Assembly: GCA_964556485.1 (NCBI GenBank)
Contig: CAZKVV010000005.1
Span: forward strand, 16,326 to 80,325
Length of the DNA stretch: 64,000 bases
Source of the DNA: an uncultured Pseudomonadales bacterium
GTDB lineage: Bacteria; Patescibacteriota; Microgenomatia; UBA1400; PJMF01
Reading direction: 5' to 3'
Shown: positions 1 to 10,249 of the stretch, one piece after another
Layout of the letters: every line of letters starts with the position of its first letter
Position numbering within the stretch: position 1 is the stretch's first letter
Translations under genes and position numbers: made by a program
The notes under the pieces: generated by a model
Database searches by the model: none
Seen by the model: the letters and a program-made list of their open reading frames with translations, nothing else
What the model was told of the DNA's origin: nothing

Positions 1-14
1 CATATCTCGTGCAT

Positions 15-53
15 AAAAAAGCTAGCATGCCATACGATCATTGCTAGCTTTTT
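15..53 (-). terminator. Rho-independent terminator after adk: stem gctagca/tgctagc flanked by an A-run and a T-run, so it can act in both directions
   Basis: Palindrome aaaaaagctagca-N14-tgctagcttttt directly 3' of the adk stop on the minus strand. Confidence 0.6.
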
Positions 54-63
54 GGTAGGTGCT

Positions 64-615
64 TTATTTGTTTTTTTTGAGAGCATCAATGCCAGCCAGA
101 ATGTCATTAAAAACCGTATCAACATCGTTCTCACCATTCACTGCAACCAGCTTTCCCTGCTTTTTATAGTATTGGACCACTGGTTCGGTTAGCTCGTGAA
201 ACAAGGCAATTCTTTTCCTAATAGCATGCAGAGTCTCATCTTCTCTGTCACTTGCTCTACCAGCAATACGCCAGAGCGCTTCTTTATCGGAAACATCTAA
301 GAAAATTACGACATCTACTCCGCCGTTAAAAGCTTCTGCTTGCACTTCAGTTCTTGGAAATCCATCGAGAATGTAGCCTCTACTATATTCATCTTTTTCT
401 AAATACGTAAGCACTATTTCAAGTACAGTCTCATCGGGTACCAGAGCCCCAGAATTAAGGGTCTCCTTTAGCCATCGACCTAGTTTCGACTTATCTTTAG
501 CCATACCTCTAAAGATATGACCAGAGGAAAGATAGGGAATATCAAACTTCTCTGACAAAAAGTTGCCCTGTGTTGATTTTCCTGCACCTTGAATACCAAT
601 TAGCACCATTTTCAT
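64..615 (-). CDS. adk: adenylate kinase
   Basis: P-loop GIQGAGKSTQ, an AMP-binding region and a lid. It is the last gene of the secY-adk block. Confidence 0.93.
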   Translation of the reverse strand: MKMVLIGIQGAGKSTQGNFLSEKFDIPYLSSGHIFRGMAKDKSKLGRWLKETLNSGALVPDETVLEIVLTYLEKDEYSRGYILDGFPRTEVQAEAFNGGVDVVIFLDVSDKEALWRIAGRASDREDETLHAIRKRIALFHELTEPVVQYYKKQGKLVAVNGENDVDTVFNDILAGIDALKKNK

Positions 616-660
616 TACAAACTCTCCATGATCATATTCGTGATCTCAACTACTATTATA

Positions 661-1947
661 CTAGAGATATTTATCATAATTCTGTTCCACAAGTGAGCTT
701 TCAGCTTGTTTATACGTTTCAATAATAACCGACACCACAATGAGCAAACTGGTGCCACTAACAGCTAATGAACCAATATCCGTGAATAATTGTGCAATGA
801 GTGGTAATAAAGCAATGGCGCTAAGGAATAATGCGCCAACTAAAGTGATACGTATTACTACAAACTCTAGGTATGACTTTGTTGCAGCGCCTGGACGTGT
901 CCCAGGAATAAATGCACCAGACTTCTTAAGTTCGGTGGAAATATCTTCAGCATTAAAGAACAACAGTGCAGAAACGAATGAAAAACCAAATACGATTAGA
1001 AAGTAGGTAATCATATACACTGGCGATGTTTGAGCAAACTGAATTGTAAGGAATTGACCAACTGAAATAAGTTGATCGATTTGACTTGCTAAGAGCAAGC
1101 GAGCTAAGAATGCAGGAACGAGCATGATTGAGACCGCAAAGATAATTGGCATAACACCAGAAACGTTTACCCTAATTGGCAAATGTGTTTGTTGCCCACC
1201 GTATACTTTGCTTCCTCGAACTCGTTTAGCGTACTGAATTGGGACTTTTCGTACCGCATCGTTCATAAATACGGTTAAACCAATCACAGCGATAAAAACG
1301 GCTACAAAGGACAAAAGTGTTATCCATTGACCGGAATTTGAACTCAGAGCTATCTGACTGAAAGTTGTTGGGGCCTGACTTAAAATACCACCTAACAGGA
1401 TCATGGAAATACCATTTCCCAATCCTGATTCTGAGATGAGTTCACCCAGCCAAGTAATCACCATGGCGCCTGCAACTAAGGTGAGAATCATAGCTACCAG
1501 TGAAAGAGGATCTGAGGATTCGAGAAGATTTTGTTGTCTGAGCAATGCTAACACAGATAAACTCTGGAAAACCGCGAGTGGTACTGACAAAAATCGAGTA
1601 TATTGGTTAATTTTTTCTCTACCAGCCTCACCATCCTTCTGCATTTCTTTGAGTGCCGGTACCACCATACCTGATAGTTGAATAATGATAGATGCAGTAA
1701 TAAATGGACTAATACCAACAGCCATGACAGAAAAGTTGGATAACGTACCACCAGAAAAAATATTGAGCAAACTAAGGAATTGGTTTCCGGCAAAAAGAGC
1801 CTGTAGCTGAGCTACATTAACACCAGGAACTGGAACATGTGCGAGAAATCTAAAAACAAGGAAAATGCTTGCAGTAAATAAGAGCTTCTTTCGTAACTCT
1901 GGATTTGAAACAACTTTTTGTAAAAATGTTGTGATCTTTTTCATCAA
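661..1947 (-). CDS. secY: preprotein translocase subunit SecY
   Basis: 428-aa polytopic membrane protein in the canonical position between rplO and adk. Confidence 0.93.
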   Translation of the reverse strand: MMKKITTFLQKVVSNPELRKKLLFTASIFLVFRFLAHVPVPGVNVAQLQALFAGNQFLSLLNIFSGGTLSNFSVMAVGISPFITASIIIQLSGMVVPALKEMQKDGEAGREKINQYTRFLSVPLAVFQSLSVLALLRQQNLLESSDPLSLVAMILTLVAGAMVITWLGELISESGLGNGISMILLGGILSQAPTTFSQIALSSNSGQWITLLSFVAVFIAVIGLTVFMNDAVRKVPIQYAKRVRGSKVYGGQQTHLPIRVNVSGVMPIIFAVSIMLVPAFLARLLLASQIDQLISVGQFLTIQFAQTSPVYMITYFLIVFGFSFVSALLFFNAEDISTELKKSGAFIPGTRPGAATKSYLEFVVIRITLVGALFLSAIALLPLIAQLFTDIGSLAVSGTSLLIVVSVIIETYKQAESSLVEQNYDKYL

Positions 1948-1991
1948 TCCTCAAGTTATAAGTCTCAAGAGCACTACTGTACTACAAAAGA

Positions 1992-2429
1992 CTAAGCGAT
2001 ACTACCACCAGTTTTTTCGATAGCATCTTTTGCAGCGACACTTACAGTCACGCCTTGCACAGAGACTTTGCGTGAAAGAGTGCCAGTTGCAATAATTTTT
2101 GCTTTCTTAAAACGGACGTCAATTACTTTTTCAAGTTTAAGAGCATCAAGCGTAATCACTTCTGCTGTCATTTTTTCAATTTCAGAAAGAGTTACTTCAG
2201 CTGTTGGGCGAACTACATTGAAGCGGCCTTTACCACGAAGCATTGGTAATCTTTTGATGAGTGGAAGTTGACCACCTTCAAACCAAAGCGCAACTTTACT
2301 ACCCTGGCGAGATTTATATCCTTTCTGACCTCGGCTAGCAGTGTGGCCACCTTTGCCAGAACCATATCCTCTTCCAAGACGCTTTCCAGCAGTGGTAGTT
2401 GTTTTGATAAGTTGACTAAGTAATGACAT
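1992..2429 (-). CDS. rplO: 50S ribosomal protein L15
   Basis: GRGxGSGKGG motif. The ORF track begins at a GTG at 2453; the ATG at 2429 (MSLLSQL) fits the L15 N-terminus and has AGGGA upstream. Confidence 0.88.
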   Translation of the reverse strand: MSLLSQLIKTTTTAGKRLGRGYGSGKGGHTASRGQKGYKSRQGSKVALWFEGGQLPLIKRLPMLRGKGRFNVVRPTAEVTLSEIEKMTAEVITLDALKLEKVIDVRFKKAKIIATGTLSRKVSVQGVTVSVAAKDAIEKTGGSIA

Positions 2430-2460
2430 ACAATCCCTGTTGCTTTGCAGCACTATTTAT

Positions 2461-3105
2461 CTATTTGGCAGCTTGTTTAGCTGGCTTACGTGAAATCTTT
2501 TTTTCAGCTGGAGCGTTTTTTACTTCGCTTTTTGCTTGTACTGGAGCTGCAGGATCATGTGACTCTGCACGCTTCTTATGTTTTTCCTGCAATTCCTTTT
2601 CTTTTTGAGCTTCCTCGGCTTCAGAATCAGCAATCGACTTAAGTTTAACGCCTTTGAGTGTGACGATTCGCTCAATCTGCTTGAGTGCTTCGAAAGTAGC
2701 GTACACACTTGAAGCTTTATTTTCTGAACCAAGAATCTTGCTTGAAATGTCTCGCACACCTGCTGCTTCGACAACTGCTCTTACTGGGCCACCTGCGATA
2801 ACTCCTGATCCCTTAGGAGCTGGCTTAAGCAATACTCTACCTGCGCCCTTCTTAACTAAAATAGAAAAAGGGATTGTTGTACCGTTGAGTGGTACGGTAA
2901 TCATACGCTTACGAGCTTTTTTAATGCCTTTTTTGATAGCTGAAACAACGTCGGTTGCTTTACCAAGACCGACACCAACTTGGCCTTTTTTGTCACCAAC
3001 AACCATAAGCACAGAAAATCCTACGTTGTTTCCACCTTTTGTCTTCTTGGAAACACGAGAAATTTGGATAACCTTTTCATCAAATTCTTTTACTTCAGTC
3101 TTCAT
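2461..3105 (-). CDS. rpsE: 30S ribosomal protein S5 with a Lys/Ala/Glu-rich C-terminal extension of about 50 aa
   Basis: S5 core with GGR and VGDKKGQVGVG motifs. It sits directly upstream of rplO with no rpmD (L30) gene in between. Confidence 0.93.
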   Translation of the reverse strand: MKTEVKEFDEKVIQISRVSKKTKGGNNVGFSVLMVVGDKKGQVGVGLGKATDVVSAIKKGIKKARKRMITVPLNGTTIPFSILVKKGAGRVLLKPAPKGSGVIAGGPVRAVVEAAGVRDISSKILGSENKASSVYATFEALKQIERIVTLKGVKLKSIADSEAEEAQKEKELQEKHKKRAESHDPAAPVQAKSEVKNAPAEKKISRKPAKQAAK

Positions 3106-3119
3106 ATCTTTATTTCTGC

Positions 3120-3485
3120 TTATACTTCTATACCTTGAGCTCTGAGAGTCTCAGCAATCACACTTACTCTTCCATGATACTTATATTGACCACGGTCGAA
3201 CACAACTGCTGTAATTTTCTTAGCCTTCAGTCCTTTTGCCAATTCTGCAGCAGCAAGAGCTGCTAATTCTTTCTTAGTTGCAGTCGTTTTCTTGTCTTTT
3301 CTCGTAGAAAGATCACTTGTAGCGATAATTGTCTTTTGCGAATCGTCATCAACGGCTTGCATGTATGTGTATTTGTTTGATCTAAACACAGTCACTCTTG
3401 GGCGCTGTGCAGTACCACTCAACTTAGAGCGAACTCTTAATTTTCGTTTTTGTACTTTAGTTAGTGCGTGCTTAATAGTTGGCAT
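3120..3485 (-). CDS. rplR: 50S ribosomal protein L18
   Basis: Sequence similarity and synteny. Confidence 0.92.
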   Translation of the reverse strand: MPTIKHALTKVQKRKLRVRSKLSGTAQRPRVTVFRSNKYTYMQAVDDDSQKTIIATSDLSTRKDKKTTATKKELAALAAAELAKGLKAKKITAVVFDRGQYKYHGRVSVIAETLRAQGIEV

Positions 3486-3503
3486 AGTTCTTTCTTCTCA
3501 AAA

Positions 3504-4040
3504 CTAAGAGGCTGCTTTTCCTTGTTTTCTTCGGACAACTTCGTCTTCGTATCTGATTCCTTTACCTTTGTAAGGCTCTGGCGGTCTGATTCTGCGAATT
3601 TCCGCTGCCATCTGTCCCACTTGTTGCTTATCTGAACCTTCGATGTGGATGGTGTCAGTACCCTCAACCTTTAATGAAACTCCAGGTCTAGCTGCAACAT
3701 CAACTGGATGAGAATAGCCAACTGCTAATTGAACACCTTGACCTTGAGCCTTAGCTCTATATCCAGTTCCAATAAGCTTAAGTGTTTTCTTAAAACCATC
3801 AGTGACACCAATAATTGTGTTATTCACCAAACTGCGAACTAAGCCATGAAGAGCCTTAGTAGTTTTCTCATCATTACTACGTGAGACCAGCACAGCTCCT
3901 TCTGCAACTGTAACTGAAATTTTTGCTGGAACAGCAGTTACTAACTGACCTTTAGGTCCCTTAACAGTTACTTCAGTAGCTGTTGCTGTAACAGTAACTC
4001 CCTGTGGGATACTGATTGGTGTTCTTCCTATTCTAGACAT
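3504..4040 (-). CDS. rplF: 50S ribosomal protein L6
   Basis: Sequence similarity and synteny. Confidence 0.92.
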   Translation of the reverse strand: MSRIGRTPISIPQGVTVTATATEVTVKGPKGQLVTAVPAKISVTVAEGAVLVSRSNDEKTTKALHGLVRSLVNNTIIGVTDGFKKTLKLIGTGYRAKAQGQGVQLAVGYSHPVDVAARPGVSLKVEGTDTIHIEGSDKQQVGQMAAEIRRIRPPEPYKGKGIRYEDEVVRRKQGKAAS

Positions 4041-4063
4041 ATTGTTTTCTTTTCAAGTAGTGC

Positions 4064-4459
4064 CTACCAAATCTGGCACAATAACTCTCCACCGACATTT
4101 TCTTTTCTTGCTTGAGTATCGGTCATTATACCTTTACTTGTAGACAAAATAGTAATGCCATACCCTCCCAGTGTTTTTGGAATCGCACCAGAGGCTGTGT
4201 ATAATCTTCTTCCTGGTTTAGAAAGTCGTTTAACTTCACTAATAGCTGGTTGTTTACCAACATATTTTAGGGCAACTACAATTTTAGAAAAAGGCATATC
4301 GCCTTGAACTTTAACTGAGTTTATGTAACCCTCGTTTACCAAGATGTCTGCAATAGACTTCTTTAGGTTAGAAAATGGTGCTTCAACAACATTCAATCTA
4401 GCCATGTGAGCGTTCTTGATTCTGATGATAAAATCTGCAATTGGATCGGTCATACTCAC
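4064..4459 (-). CDS. rpsH: 30S ribosomal protein S8
   Basis: N-terminus M(V)SMTDPIAD matches the S8 start. The start is GTG at 4459 or ATG at 4453. Confidence 0.92.
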   Translation of the reverse strand: MSMTDPIADFIIRIKNAHMARLNVVEAPFSNLKKSIADILVNEGYINSVKVQGDMPFSKIVVALKYVGKQPAISEVKRLSKPGRRLYTASGAIPKTLGGYGITILSTSKGIMTDTQARKENVGGELLCQIW

Positions 4460-4464
4460 CTTGA

Positions 4465-4695
4465 TTACTTACTGGACTTAACTACACCAGGTAGTTCGCC
4501 TTTAACTGCTAATTCTCTAAATGTTATACGGCTTAACCCAAAGAATCTCATGTATCCTCTGGGACGGCCTGATATTTTACAACGGTTTACGCCTCTAGTC
4601 GAGAACTTGTTTACTTTTTTCTCGCCACTGAGTTCGTAAGCTGTTCTTTTTTCTAGTAGTTTCTTAGATTTTGCAATCTTAGATTGTTTAGCCAT
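4465..4695 (-). CDS. rpsN: 30S ribosomal protein S14 (short 76-aa form with a single Cys)
   Basis: Position between rplE and rpsH, and a conserved [12 protein letters not shown] region. Confidence 0.85.
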   Translation of the reverse strand: MAKQSKIAKSKKLLEKRTAYELSGEKKVNKFSTRGVNRCKISGRPRGYMRFFGLSRITFRELAVKGELPGVVKSSK

Positions 4696-4707
4696 GGAGC
4701 GCTTCCT

Positions 4708-5268
4708 TTACTTCTGATCTTCTTTTTCAAATGGTACACCAAGCAATTCAAGAAGTCTGAATGCTTGTTCGTTTGATTTTGCTGAAGTTATAAAGTTAAT
4801 TTGTAACCCTCTAACACTTTCAATAGAATCATACTCTATTTCAGGAAAAATAATCTGTTCCTCAAGTCCCATACTGTAGTTACCTTGACCATCAAATGCT
4901 GTTCTTGAGACACCTCTAAAGTCTTTAACACGTGGAAGTGCAACAGAAATCAATTTAGTCAAGAAATCCCACATATACACACCTCTAAGCGTAACCATAA
5001 CGCCCATAGGGTCGCCAGCTCTAAGTTTGAATCCAGCGATAGACTTTTTTGCGAGAGTGATTTGAGGCTTTTGACCACTAATCACCTGCATCTGAGTAAG
5101 TACGTTATCAATAATTGGTTTACGAGCACGAGGATCTTGTGGATCAGTAATGCCGACATTAATAACAATTTTCTTTAGTTTTGGCACAGCCATAACATTA
5201 GCAATTTTAAACTCATCTTTGAGTTGTGCTGCAATAGTGGATGTGTATTGTTCTCTTATATTTGACAT
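4708..5268 (-). CDS. rplE: 50S ribosomal protein L5
   Basis: Sequence similarity and synteny. Confidence 0.92.
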   Translation of the reverse strand: MSNIREQYTSTIAAQLKDEFKIANVMAVPKLKKIVINVGITDPQDPRARKPIIDNVLTQMQVISGQKPQITLAKKSIAGFKLRAGDPMGVMVTLRGVYMWDFLTKLISVALPRVKDFRGVSRTAFDGQGNYSMGLEEQIIFPEIEYDSIESVRGLQINFITSAKSNEQAFRLLELLGVPFEKEDQK

Positions 5269-5270
5269 AG

Positions 5271-5597
5271 TTACTTCTTAGCTGGTGCCTTTTGTGGAAC
5301 TTCTGCGCCAGTCTTCTTAAACACTCTAGTTTTAGTGCCATCTTTGGCAACTTTATAGCCGATTCTATCTGGTTGACCTTTATCATTTAAGATAGCGATC
5401 TTTGCTGTTGATAACGCACGTTCAACTAAAACACGATCACCTGTTCGGCCACCAACTGGACGAATATGTTTCACGTATTTGTTTATACCTTCAACAACAA
5501 CAGTATCTTTAGCTGGTATAACACGTACTATTGTACCTGTTTTACCTTTGTCTTTACCTGTTGTTACTTTGACGTTGTCACCTGTTTTAAATTTCAT
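5271..5597 (-). CDS. rplX: 50S ribosomal protein L24
   Basis: KOW motif (KFKTGDNVKVTTGKDKGK) and synteny. Confidence 0.92.
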   Translation of the reverse strand: MKFKTGDNVKVTTGKDKGKTGTIVRVIPAKDTVVVEGINKYVKHIRPVGGRTGDRVLVERALSTAKIAILNDKGQPDRIGYKVAKDGTKTRVFKKTGAEVPQKAPAKK

Positions 5598-5610
5598 ATC
5601 TCATTTCAAA

Positions 5611-5985
5611 TTACAAGACTTCTGGAGCTAAACTAGCAATCTTACCAAATCCATTGTCTTTAACTTCACGAGCTACAGGGCCAAACACACGAGTTCCAAC
5701 TGGAACTGGATTTTTTCTTGACTCTACTATAACTGCTGCATTATCATCGAATCGAATGTATTCACCATTCTTTCTTCGTGATTCTTTTCTTGTTCTAACA
5801 ATAACTGCTTTTACTTTTTCACCTTTTTTAACAGTGCCATTGGCATCTGCTTGGATAACTGAAGCTGCAACCACATCTCCAACATATCCAAATCTGCGTC
5901 TAGAACCGCCATGAACTTGAATAACTCTCAGTTTCTTTGCGCCACTGTTATCGGCTACTTGTAGTACTGTACGTAATTGAATCAT
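5611..5985 (-). CDS. rplN: 50S ribosomal protein L14
   Basis: [18 protein letters not shown]-terminus. Confidence 0.94.
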   Translation of the reverse strand: MIQLRTVLQVADNSGAKKLRVIQVHGGSRRRFGYVGDVVAASVIQADANGTVKKGEKVKAVIVRTRKESRRKNGEYIRFDDNAAVIVESRKNPVPVGTRVFGPVAREVKDNGFGKIASLAPEVL

Positions 5986-5994
5986 AGCCGACTC

Positions 5995-6228
5995 CTACTT
6001 CCCAACCTTCTTAACAACAATAAAGCTCTTTGTTTTACTGATCGGTCTACAAGGCATTATTTCTACCACATCACCAACTTCTAAAGTTACGTCTGCATAA
6101 TGACATGCGAAGTTTTTGGTTCTCTTCACAGACTTTAAGTACATAGGGTGTTGCCACATACGCGCAACACTAACTTGTGCAGTTTGCGCTGTTTTTACTG
6201 ATTCGACTATACCTTGTATCGTTTTCAT
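5995..6228 (-). CDS. rpsQ: 30S ribosomal protein S17
   Basis: Sequence similarity and synteny. Confidence 0.9.
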   Translation of the reverse strand: MKTIQGIVESVKTAQTAQVSVARMWQHPMYLKSVKRTKNFACHYADVTLEVGDVVEIMPCRPISKTKSFIVVKKVGK

Positions 6229-6236
6229 ACGCGTCT

Positions 6237-6440
6237 TTATTTGCTAGCTAGCTCTTTCTTTTTGAGCACTGTTTTAACTCTGGCAATATCATCTGCAAGC
6301 AAAGCAATGTGAGTATTCTGTCTTCTACCTGCTTTTTTCTCCAAACGAGCTCCAGCAAACTCTTTAATGAGTTCTGCAACCTGAGCTTGCAACTCAGTTA
6401 CGCTCTTTTCATGTAGTGCTCTTATATCATTTCTTTTCAT
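6237..6440 (-). CDS. rpmC: 50S ribosomal protein L29
   Basis: The ATG at 6440 (MKRNDIRALHEKSV) is the likely start; the ORF track's 6452 is a TTG extension that overlaps rplP. Confidence 0.88.
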   Translation of the reverse strand: MKRNDIRALHEKSVTELQAQVAELIKEFAGARLEKKAGRRQNTHIALLADDIARVKTVLKKKELASK

Positions 6441-6441
6441 G

Positions 6442-6846
6442 TTATTTTCCAATTGTTGCAGTTTTAACTGACAATTTATGACCAGCTTTTCTGAAAGCTT
6501 CTTTGGCCATGGTTTCTGTTACACCTGCTATTTCGAATAAAACCATTCCCGGTCTTACTACTGCTACGTATGTATCTATAGCACCTTTACCTGAACCCAT
6601 TTTCACACCAACTGGCTTTTTAGTAATAGGCTTGTGAGGAAATACTCTGACCCAATACTTACCCGCACGCTTAGTCATAAACGTGATTTTTTTACGAGCT
6701 GCTTCAATTTCTCTCGTGCTCACCCAACCAGTAGTTGTAGCTTGCATTGCGAAATCACCGAAAGCAACAGCCGCACCACGTACAGCTACACCTCTTCGTT
6801 TACCTCTAAACTGTTTTCTATATTTACTCTTTTTAGGTTGTAACAT
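6442..6846 (-). CDS. rplP: 50S ribosomal protein L16
   Basis: Sequence similarity and synteny. Confidence 0.93.
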   Translation of the reverse strand: MLQPKKSKYRKQFRGKRRGVAVRGAAVAFGDFAMQATTTGWVSTREIEAARKKITFMTKRAGKYWVRVFPHKPITKKPVGVKMGSGKGAIDTYVAVVRPGMVLFEIAGVTETMAKEAFRKAGHKLSVKTATIGK

Positions 6847-6867
6847 ATCTCGTTATTCAGGTATCGC

Positions 6868-7518
6868 TTATACTATTTCACCCCTGTTGATCCACACTTT
6901 AATACCAACATATCCAGATCTTGTTGCTGCTGGCATTTGATAGTAATCAATATCAGCACGAATTGTCTGTGTTGGCACACTACCCTCGAAGTATTTTTCG
7001 GTGCGACCAATTTCAGCACCACCAATTCTTCCTGCTAGAGAGATCTTCACGCCTTCTGCTCCAGCTTGCATTACCTTCTCGAGAGCTTGATTCACTGCTC
7101 TACGATGTGGAAAACGCTTCATAAGCTGTTGTGCAATTCTTTCAGCGACCAACTTAGCACTGAGGTCCGGCTTAGATACTTCTTCAACACGAAGATCAAT
7201 CTTAACCTTATCTTTCTTTTTCTTAGCTACATTAAGGATTCTTTCTATCTCACCTTTAACGACTTCAAGGTTTGCACCACCTCTACCAATTACCACACCT
7301 GGCCTAGAAACAAAAAGGACAACTCTGATTGCGGTCAAAGATCTTTCGATCTCGACTTTAACCAAACCGGCACTTTCTAACTTGTTCTTCAAGAATACTC
7401 TCAACGAATAATCTTCGAGAACTTTATTAGAATAGTCTGTCTTATCTGCGAACCACTTCGACTTCCAGGTATAAGTGTTGCCTAATCTAAAACCGATTGG
7501 ATTTACTTTTTGTCCCAT
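6868..7518 (-). CDS. rpsC: 30S ribosomal protein S3
   Basis: Sequence similarity and synteny. Confidence 0.93.
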   Translation of the reverse strand: MGQKVNPIGFRLGNTYTWKSKWFADKTDYSNKVLEDYSLRVFLKNKLESAGLVKVEIERSLTAIRVVLFVSRPGVVIGRGGANLEVVKGEIERILNVAKKKKDKVKIDLRVEEVSKPDLSAKLVAERIAQQLMKRFPHRRAVNQALEKVMQAGAEGVKISLAGRIGGAEIGRTEKYFEGSVPTQTIRADIDYYQMPAATRSGYVGIKVWINRGEIV

Positions 7519-7572
7519 ATGTTTTATGTTGTTTCTCTTTTACTCAAGAACTATGTATTTTACTACAAAACT

Positions 7573-8082
7573 TTACTTTTTACTCACTGACTTTTTAACA
7601 ACAGCTTTCTTCTTAGCTGATACCTTTGTTTCTTTTTTAGAAACGGCTGCTGGAGCTACCTTTGTTTCTGCTGCAACCTCAACTTTTTCTGCAACTTTAC
7701 TGCTCTCAGATTTCTTCGGCCCTTCACTCGTTTGAGCAATTGGAGCGACTACTCCCGCTTCTAACTCGACAGTAACATGACATGCTCTTTTCAAAATCGC
7801 ATGAGCTCTTCCACGACTTACTGCTCTAAATCTGCGATATCGAGGACCTTCACTGATAATAATGTTCTTCAAGTTGAGCTGCTCGAAAGTATATCCATGG
7901 TTGTGTACTGCGTTAGCAATTGCCTGCCTAACAACTTTAAGTACTACCAATGATGCTTTTTTCTCCAACACAGCAAGTTGCTTAATTGCTGTTTCAAGAT
8001 TCATTTTCTTGACGGCATTCGCAACTAAACGAACTTTACGTGCCGGTTGTCTGCTGTTGTTTTGTGTAGCTGATATTAACAT
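7573..8082 (-). CDS. rplV: 50S ribosomal protein L22 with a Lys/Ala-rich C-terminal tail of about 55 aa
   Basis: The L22 core begins at MLISATQNNSRQPARKVRL (ATG at 8080-8082). The longer track ORF overlaps rpsS and is not plausible. Confidence 0.88.
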   Translation of the reverse strand: MLISATQNNSRQPARKVRLVANAVKKMNLETAIKQLAVLEKKASLVVLKVVRQAIANAVHNHGYTFEQLNLKNIIISEGPRYRRFRAVSRGRAHAILKRACHVTVELEAGVVAPIAQTSEGPKKSESSKVAEKVEVAAETKVAPAAVSKKETKVSAKKKAVVKKSVSKK

Positions 8083-8110
8083 ACAATTTCTTACCTTTTT
8101 CCAGATATCT

Positions 8111-8395
8111 TTAAGTCTTAGTAAGTAAGCGTTTGACAATCTTACCGTGACCTCTGAAGGTTCTTGTTGGTGCAAACTCACCGAGCTTGTGGCCAACCAT
8201 TGCTTCAGAAACAAATACTTCGACAAAATTCTTACCTTGATGTACCATAAAAGTATGACCAACAAAGTCAGGAGAGATGACACACTCTCTACTCCAAGTT
8301 TTGATTGGCGTCTTTGTTCCACCTGCTTTCTGAACCATAACTTTTTTGAGAAGCTTTGGATCAATGAATGGACCTTTTTTACTTGAACGTGACAT
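8111..8395 (-). CDS. rpsS: 30S ribosomal protein S19
   Basis: Sequence similarity and synteny. Confidence 0.93.
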   Translation of the reverse strand: MSRSSKKGPFIDPKLLKKVMVQKAGGTKTPIKTWSRECVISPDFVGHTFMVHQGKNFVEVFVSEAMVGHKLGEFAPTRTFRGHGKIVKRLLTKT

Positions 8396-8446
8396 ATCTA
8401 TTATTCCTCTTGTTTATTTTGCTGATAAATCAGCACATTTTAACAA

Positions 8447-9280
8447 TTACTTAATTCTTCTATCTCTTACTATCAACTTGTCGGTTCTGTGATGCTTCTT
8501 ACGTGTCTTCTTACCTAAAGCATGTTTGCCCCATGGAGTCTTTGGATGCTTCATACCAACACCAGATCTGCCTTCACCACCACCGTGCGGATGTGAATCT
8601 GGATGTTGTGCAGTACCGCGAACTGTTGGGCGAATACCCATGAGTCGTTTTCTGCCAGCTTTTCCAATTTTTCTATTCTTCCATTCTTGGTTACCAACTT
8701 GACCGATTGTTGCATAACATTCAGCACTTACTAAACGTAATTCTTTTGAAGGAAGCTGAACGGTAACAAATTTTCCATCTTTAGACTGAACAATTGCGCC
8801 TGTACCAGCGCCACGCACCATCTGAGCACCTTTCCCTGCGCGAAGCTCAATGTTGTGAATGAACATACCAATTGGTATGTTCTTGAGTGGTAAAGCATTA
8901 CCAACTTTTGCATCAACTTTTTCACCAGAAACGATAACGTCACCTTCAGCTAGTCCTTGAGGAGCAACGATATAAGCTTTGTCACCATCTGCGTAATACA
9001 AAAGCGCAACGTTAGCACTGCGCATTGGATCGTACTCAATTCTTTTAACTGTAGCAGGTACACCAAACTTTGTGCGTTTCCACTCAATGACGCGCAACTT
9101 TTTCTTAACACCACCACCGCGATGTCTGACAGTTACACGGCCACCAAATCCTCGACCTTGTCTTTTGATGTGTCCAGAAGCCAATAATGCTCTCTCTGGT
9201 TTGCCTGACCAAATTTCACTGCGATCAACATCAACTTGATGTCTTCTGCCGGGGGTTGTGGGTTTACGAGTTAATAACAT
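8447..9280 (-). CDS. rplB: 50S ribosomal protein L2
   Basis: Sequence similarity and synteny. Confidence 0.94.
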   Translation of the reverse strand: MLLTRKPTTPGRRHQVDVDRSEIWSGKPERALLASGHIKRQGRGFGGRVTVRHRGGGVKKKLRVIEWKRTKFGVPATVKRIEYDPMRSANVALLYYADGDKAYIVAPQGLAEGDVIVSGEKVDAKVGNALPLKNIPIGMFIHNIELRAGKGAQMVRGAGTGAIVQSKDGKFVTVQLPSKELRLVSAECYATIGQVGNQEWKNRKIGKAGRKRLMGIRPTVRGTAQHPDSHPHGGGEGRSGVGMKHPKTPWGKHALGKKTRKKHHRTDKLIVRDRRIK

Positions 9281-9290
9281 ACCTAAATCC

Positions 9291-9596
9291 TTACGCCTTC
9301 GTGCTTTCTGAAATATCGAAAAGGTTTATCGAGTCACCTTTTTTTAAGGTAACAAGAGCTTTTTTGACTTTAGCTCCAGCAACTTGTAATCTTCTCTTAC
9401 CAGTTTTGTGGGCAACTGCTTGATTCATAACGGTACGAACAGCTAATACCTTAACAGGAAATAGTTTTTCCACTGCTTCTTTAATCTGGTTCTTAGTAGA
9501 ATCCTTGCTCACTGCAAAAGTATAGGTATTTTTTGCATTAGCAAGTCCGAGTGACTTTTCGGTAATAACTGGTTTAACGATACTGTATGCGTTCAT
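9291..9596 (-). CDS. rplW: 50S ribosomal protein L23
   Basis: Sequence similarity and synteny. Confidence 0.9.
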   Translation of the reverse strand: MNAYSIVKPVITEKSLGLANAKNTYTFAVSKDSTKNQIKEAVEKLFPVKVLAVRTVMNQAVAHKTGKRRLQVAGAKVKKALVTLKKGDSINLFDISESTKA

Positions 9597-9604
9597 GTCT
9601 ATTT

Positions 9605-10249
9605 TTATTCTTTACTTGTTTTCTTTTTTGTCTGCGCAGCAAGTCTGACTTCTAAGAGCTCAAGAGCCTTAGGTTCAAAAATGATTGATGCAACAGCGCT
9701 AATATCATGTGCATTAACCAATGCAGCTGTACTAAGGAGTACATTTGGAATGTTGGCGATTGATCTTTCAACCAATTCATTACGATCTGCCAAAACTATC
9801 AATACCTTTTTGTTACCAAGCTCAGATGCTAAAAGCTTTACAGCTTCCTTAGTTTTACCTGTAAGTGAAGTGAGTTCAGCGCAAACTTTTACGCTTTTAG
9901 CTTGAGCACTAAGTGCACATATTAATGCTTTTAATTTCATTGTTCGAGAAAGTGATAAATTCCAGTTTTCAATTCCCTTTGGACCGTGAGCCACACCACC
10001 ACCTACAAAAATTGGAGCACTTTGGGCACCATGCCGTGCATTGCCAGTACCTTTTTGCTTGTACATTTTTCGTTTTGTTAAGTTGACTTCAGATCTAGTC
10101 TTTACTTTACTAGTACCTTGGCGAGCATTCGAAAGATAGACTCTAATTGCTTGAGCGAGCAACACTTTGTTTACTGGCGCACCAAACAATGCGTCAGAAA
10201 CAGTTACTAAACTCTCTTTACCAGTGGCTGTGATGCTTGCTACTTTCAT
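9605..10249 (-). CDS. rplD: 50S ribosomal protein L4
   Basis: Sequence similarity and synteny. Its start overlaps the rplC stop by 1 nt. Confidence 0.92.
   Translation of the reverse strand: MKVASITATGKESLVTVSDALFGAPVNKVLLAQAIRVYLSNARQGTSKVKTRSEVNLTKRKMYKQKGTGNARHGAQSAPIFVGGGVAHGPKGIENWNLSLSRTMKLKALICALSAQAKSVKVCAELTSLTGKTKEAVKLLASELGNKKVLIVLADRNELVERSIANIPNVLLSTAALVNAHDISAVASIIFEPKALELLEVRLAAQTKKKTSKE

Noticed and set aside
7573-8364. 263-aa version of rplV from the ORF track
   Set aside because: The N-terminal 94 codons overlap rpsS in another frame and are not L22-like. The internal ATG at 8082 gives a normal L22.
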